From the NCBI RefSeq assembly GCF_006345805.1, contig NW_021833116.1, positions 62,001 through 126,000 of the forward strand: a DNA stretch of 64,000 bases, written 5' to 3'. This DNA is from Octopus sinensis (Eukaryota). The translations under genes and the position numbers were made by a program. The stretch's first letter is position 1; every line of letters begins with the position of its first letter. Below are positions 59,008-64,000 of this stretch, one piece after another. The notes below the pieces were generated by a model. That model did no database searches. It was not told the origin of the DNA and saw only the letters and a list, made by a program, of their open reading frames with translations.

Positions 59008-60945
59008 TATTGTTGTCTAGTTTTGATAATTACAACAACAGACAACTCACACGTTTAAATTTAAAAAAACATTAATACTTTATTAAATAAGTTTTTAATA
59101 AAATAAATACAAACAGTATAACTTTAAAATTAGCACAAATAGTTCAACACGTTTAATAATAATAACATATAGTACGTGAAATTTCCGAGAAATGTAACAA
59201 AAATAAGTGGAATAGTCGCTGCACTCGTTGCCGAGCCTATTTCTCTTCTTTTATAACTTACCTCAGTGGAGGATACATGTCCTCTGTGTGAGAACATTAA
59301 TGAAGGTATATATAATGTCCTTAGTGTCGAAAAATGATTTGTGTTTCCTCGATTACATGCCTTCCAATATGTCCGAACGCCCCGATCTGAGGTTTGGTTT
59401 GTACGAGTGAGGATCTAGGCCTCTTGTGTTTATATTTATGCTTCATGTGTCTTATTTGAAGGTAAATAACGGGCTGGTGGAGTTTTATTGCACGTATTTG
59501 AAAGATTATGTGCTTTCTGTTCTCTTCAAGTTTAATTTGGCTTGTCATTTCAGGAATGGCAAGAAAATTAAAACATTGAAGTGGCGTTCATAACTTATGA
59601 TACAAAAATAACTCTCTACAGCTACTTAGTCAGAAATTTACATATTTATTGATAGTTGAATCGTCCCAGATGATGACTATTCAAAGACATTTGTGTGCCA
59701 ATGACACCTTAATTAAGCCACAGATTGATGGGTTATCTTGTTATGTTTATTGCAATTGTCGTTGATTGGACAGGAATATTCTAAAAGCAGTACAAGTGAG
59801 TGCATTCTGGGCCCAGTCATCACATTGGGCTGTGAGTCGGTTAGTTCCTCAAATTGCTGGTTTTCCACTCGGCCCCCACCACGGCCAATGCACCCGGGGC
59901 ACTCTACATCAGATCGTGGCAGTTCCAAAAAGGTGGGAATTTGCATTTATATAAACAGGATTTGTTGAGTCCTCAAAATGATTATTATGACAAATTGGAA
60001 GAACTTTGTGCTAAAACTTGCTGTTCACTATTTTTGTTTCCAAACACACACTCTGTCGCCTCTCTGCGTGTACTGACGGGCTTCGGTTTCGTCGGCGGCA
60101 AACCAAGGTTTTAAATGCTGTTTCACTCTAAAAACCTGTTTAGGTATTTATTGGGTGACATTCCGTAAAAGTCGTTGAAACTGCGTCATTTGGCAATTTC
60201 ACGGAAGGGAATTGGCCCAAATTAAAAAAAGTGGCTGTTCTCGACGAGTATTCGACTAATGCGATCAAGTTGTCTGTGAATAGCAACTTTTCCTCCTCCG
60301 GCTTTGCCTATTTCCTGGTTTTCTTCGCTTTTTATGTAGTAGGCACTGATAATATACAAAACATATTCGGACAGAGGATGCTCCATGTGCATGACGTTGC
60401 ATGCCCCTCTACTTTGGTCACTCTGGTGGACAATTCCGACTGTTTTGGGCTTGCGATGCTGTTCTGCAAACGGTCGTTCTGCTTCATTCGAGTCGCTCGA
60501 TGTTTTGATCAGCACTCTCCGTCCTGTTTCCTGCAACTTTCGAAACTTTGGGCGACAGAAGGCTTTTTTATTCAGTTTTGTTTTTTTGTATTTTTCAGAT
60601 TCTGGTTTCGGCGTATAAATGGTTGATGGGAGTGCTTGGAGTTGCTTCTATCAGTCAATTCGATCCCAACACTTTTCAAAAAGTGTGTTATGTGTTACTC
60701 TTCAAAAAGTGTGTCTTCATAAGCTTTGTGACTGGTTGTCCATAGTTCGTTCCAAACAGCCTAATATTTGCCATTTTTAGTTTTTGTTGGCATACGCTAA
60801 CGCCAATGAGCAGGTTCAGACGGCAAGCGTCCAAAACTTTTTGGTGGAAAGTCCTGGTTTGGTGGTGGAAAGTTATATCAACAGTTTTTGATTGATAATA
60901 TTCATATTACTATTTCCGATAGTTGATATTTATTCTTTTTTAATC

Positions 60946-61602
60946 TATACCTTTCCAAGTTCAAAGTGGGATTTTCCAAATTCAATATGGGATTTCCAAG
61001 TTAATTTTAAAATATTTGAAAAAAAATCATGACTCATTTTTTGTTTTTACTATTTGATAATAACTACAAGTTAATTAATTAAAAGCTTCATGGGCGGGAA
61101 GCCGACGCGATCGAGAAAGAATTAGAGCGTACTATCGCAAGGGATATCCGCTCGAAAAACCATCTCGATTCGTCTGCGTAAACGAAAAAATTAAAATGTT
61201 ACGTCCTTGTAATTTAATAAAGAAGGCAATAGTCCTTGGATTATGGCTATTCAAGAGTCCTTGGAACCACCTCTTAAATCATCCTTAAAGCCTTCTTTTA
61301 TCCACCTGTATGCAGTTGTTCTTTCTATTCCGAGAGAAAATGCAACTTGATTCCAATCCCCATCATTTTCGTAAACGGTCAACAAATTTTTTCTTTTTTC
61401 AGCTAATTCTTTCTTTTTATTAACGTACATTTTGTAATGTAAGGCGATTTTAAATTAATAAATGAATTAATAATAATAATTCAATAACCGACTTGAAAAT
61501 CCTTGAACTAGAAAATCCCATATTGAATTTGAAAATCCCACCTTGAACTTGGAAATCCCATATTGAATTTGGAAATTCCCATATTGAACTTGGAAAGATA
61601 TA
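60946..61602 (-). mobile_element. Non-autonomous IS630/Tc1-mariner-like element with repeated subterminal motifs
   Basis: Inverted ends TATA(C/T)CTTTCCAAGTTCAA; arrays of about 20-bp GGATTT(T)CCAA(A/G)TTCAA units in opposite orientation at each end; internal HTH relic DWNQVAFSLGIERTTAYRWIK...RGG. Confidence 0.7.
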
Positions 61603-61780
61603 TTTGGTTTTTGAAACTGTTTTTATTCATAAAGCTGAAAGAAGATTGATAGGAAATGTAACTTTAATCGGAGCCTTCTATTAAAATTAACAGCACAAAT
61701 AGTCTCACACCTAAACAATCAACACGTCTAATATTTGACTTTAAACATATAATCCAATCAGTAAATGTATAAGCCGATAA

Positions 61781-62822
61781 TTAATCAGTTGTTTCATTGA
61801 CTTTTCTGTCATTATACTGTTTATATAATGCACAAATAATGTCTCCCGCAACATGATCATTGACATTGTGGGAGACCATTATCAGAGCTAAAACTCCATC
61901 AGACTGCAAGTATTCGTCAACAAAACACAAAAAGTATTCATCCGGGTCACTTCTCAGTTGAACTGGATGGATGAGCAGTCTCCCCCATTCAAATATGCTC
62001 CAAATGTTAAGACAGATCACACCTCCCAGCCAAAACCAATAAAAAATGAACATCCCCTCCAATAATCCGTTCATGGAGAAAACACACTGAACTGTGTATT
62101 TTTTCCCGGCAATCTCTTCTCCCAACTCACGGATATAAAACTCACAGAGGGACTCTCGAGGGAATGCCGGAGACCATCTGCGGATTCCCGACATATAATT
62201 CTGGGCGAATTGCCAACCATAAAACCCAAAAGTGCCACCAGAGAGGAGAATATCAGTCAACACAAACTGGAGTAGGACACTGAGTAAATACAGTATTTTG
62301 CAAGTAATGTACGTCAAAGTGAGACAATTAGTACACCACTTTTTGTATGCTCTGTACTTGAAATGCAGATTAAAATGCATGAGTGATAGTTCGACAAGTT
62401 CCTCTCTGTTATGTGTGTCGTATTTGGAAAATAGTTCTATTAGAGATGACAAATCGAGTCCGAAGTGTCCACAGTTGAGTCTCCAGAACAGTCTGGGAAG
62501 TTGACAGAGGAATGCAAATGTGAGGAATATAAACTGTGTCCACTGATAATACCGAGGGTGGTGTGTCCCGGATGTGTTGACAGAGTGGATGTCCACAACC
62601 CAGCAGACTGACTGAGTATATAACACATAGTCCACTGCAATAAAGCACATTATTACCATCATCTGACAAACACATAATTGGATTGAACAAACACTGAAAA
62701 ACAGTCGCAATGACAGTAAACACAACTAACAGCAAACACGTATAAAAGTGAGTGACACGGTCATGAAAATGGTCGTCTCTCTGTGGCTCAAACACACTCT
62801 TTACTACTTCCCAGAGGTCCAT
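61781..62822 (-). CDS. Innexin (gap-junction protein), one 22-nt intron
   Basis: DDHFHDRVTHFYT...PIMC...YTQSVCWV...YYQWTQF...P..FW...FPRESLC...VQCVFSMN...IF.WFW. Four-TM innexin signature with conserved cysteines. Confidence 0.95.
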
Positions 62823-62945
62823 TTCCTGTGGCGTAATTACGTAATATATATGATGTGTTTAGTCAATTTATTTCGCATGGATCCTCACGTGAAACTATCG
62901 ATTTCGCAATTAAAAATGAATTTATTAGTAAGGAAGGCAGACGAG

Positions 62946-64000
62946 TTATTCGACATCCTCAACTTGAGCATTGCCTGTCCCCTCAACCACTCCACGAATA
63001 TCATTCAGCTGACCCTCACTACCCACATTAGACAAAACACACCTTAGTCGAGTGAATCGAATTCCCAACAGAAAATTAAAATGTTCAACCACAGCCGCCT
63101 GCGATGGACGAAATTTGGCTCGATTGCTCACAATTTCAGACGCGTCGGGTTTTCTGTCAGAATTGAGCATTCTCTGCAATTCCACTGCATGGTTGGTGTA
63201 GTCCCTCAGTCGTTCACACACAGCCCTCGTCATCACGTGGGTGTCCCCCAACTTGCATGACCAACCCCATTCTAACCTCCTTCGAGTATATCCCACGGGC
63301 TCTTTGCTCACAGTTGATTGCCTCACGGAATCTATACACACCAGCATGGGCCTGAGCTTGCAGGACAAGTCCGAATGCCAGTTTAATCCTATCAGCAGGC
63401 GAGGAGGCACCCTCGACCAGGTCCACCGCACGACTGATGTAGTCCATCCCCACATCTGTGTCGTCCATGTGGAGCATAAGCATGCCGATGGTCATCTACC
63501 AATGACGAGTCAATATCACATTGATTCTGTAAAACTGAGGGTTGTTCTCTCCGCAGTACAGGAGAGTGAGATAACGTACTCGCCACATAGCGTTAACAGC
63601 CAAATCGACCTTCCCCACTGTGAAGGCGTAGAGTGCGAGGGATGTCTGAGTGTTGGAGAGGGAGGACTACCAAGGAGGAGATTGCATCGGGGGAATCCAC
63701 TCCGCCCAGTCTCTCACACATTATCACTGCCTGTCTCTGCATTTCAAAGGCATTCACAAATTCTCCAAGGATGTAGTTCACTCGACCCAGCAAGGTCACA
63801 GCAGACACCACCATCATGTGGAGGGGACCATAAATATGAGTCAATATCCCCAATGTCTCCGTGATCAGTTCATATCCCGCCTTCAAATGTCCTGCGGTAA
63901 TCAAGTACTTGGCCTGTGCGAGACACTGCATACAGTCCACAGACTACAATACACGTGACACTACTCACTTGAGGACTCACACACTTCACACGCGGATATA
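62946..64000 (-). CDS. CLUH: Clustered mitochondria protein (CLU/CLUH) C-terminal TPR region; runs off the right edge
   Basis: GHLKAGYELITETLGILTHIYGPLH...LLGRVNYILGE...QRQAVIMCERLGGVDSPD...LYCGENNP...LGDTH..TR matches the CLU TPR tail. Confidence 0.82.

Noticed and set aside
59200-60800. Possible receptor or membrane-protein gene
   Set aside because: Hydrophobic and Cys-rich ORF pieces are present, but I could not build a consistent exon chain or recognise a family.

Overview
Eukaryotic (metazoan) genomic DNA in the standard genetic code, not prokaryotic. Compact housekeeping genes split by very small GT-AG introns (about 22-29 nt) sit as islands in an AT-rich, transposon-saturated background. 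The genes are an SLC34 Na/Pi transporter, NFS1, a ubiquitin-like-RPS27a fusion, AP2S1, a p24/TMED, ABCF3, a PITP, Sec1/Munc18, LSG1, an innexin and CLU. Micro-introns plus an innexin suggest a reduced parasitic animal (dicyemid, orthonectid or myxozoan type); this is inference only. Mobile DNA includes two full-length PHD-finger CRE-like (RT + restriction-like endonuclease) retrotransposons and seven 3' fragments, RTE and Jockey/I LINEs, Tc1, IS630-like, hAT, Merlin, Ginger-like and Helitron elements, many with readable TIRs and TSDs and several nested. Best leads: (1) a partitivirus-capsid-like sequence fused to a CRE 3' end plus poly(A) and inserted in an 82-bp tandem array; (2) a C/A-rich to G/T-rich compositional polarity along host genes; (3) host-size micro-introns inside transposase genes, at shared positions in two Merlin families; (4) a LINE carrying a copy of its own 3' end at its 5' end. 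Frequent 1-nt indels in essential genes look like assembly error, so frameshift-based pseudogene calls are unreliable. Protein identities come from recalled motifs, not database searches.
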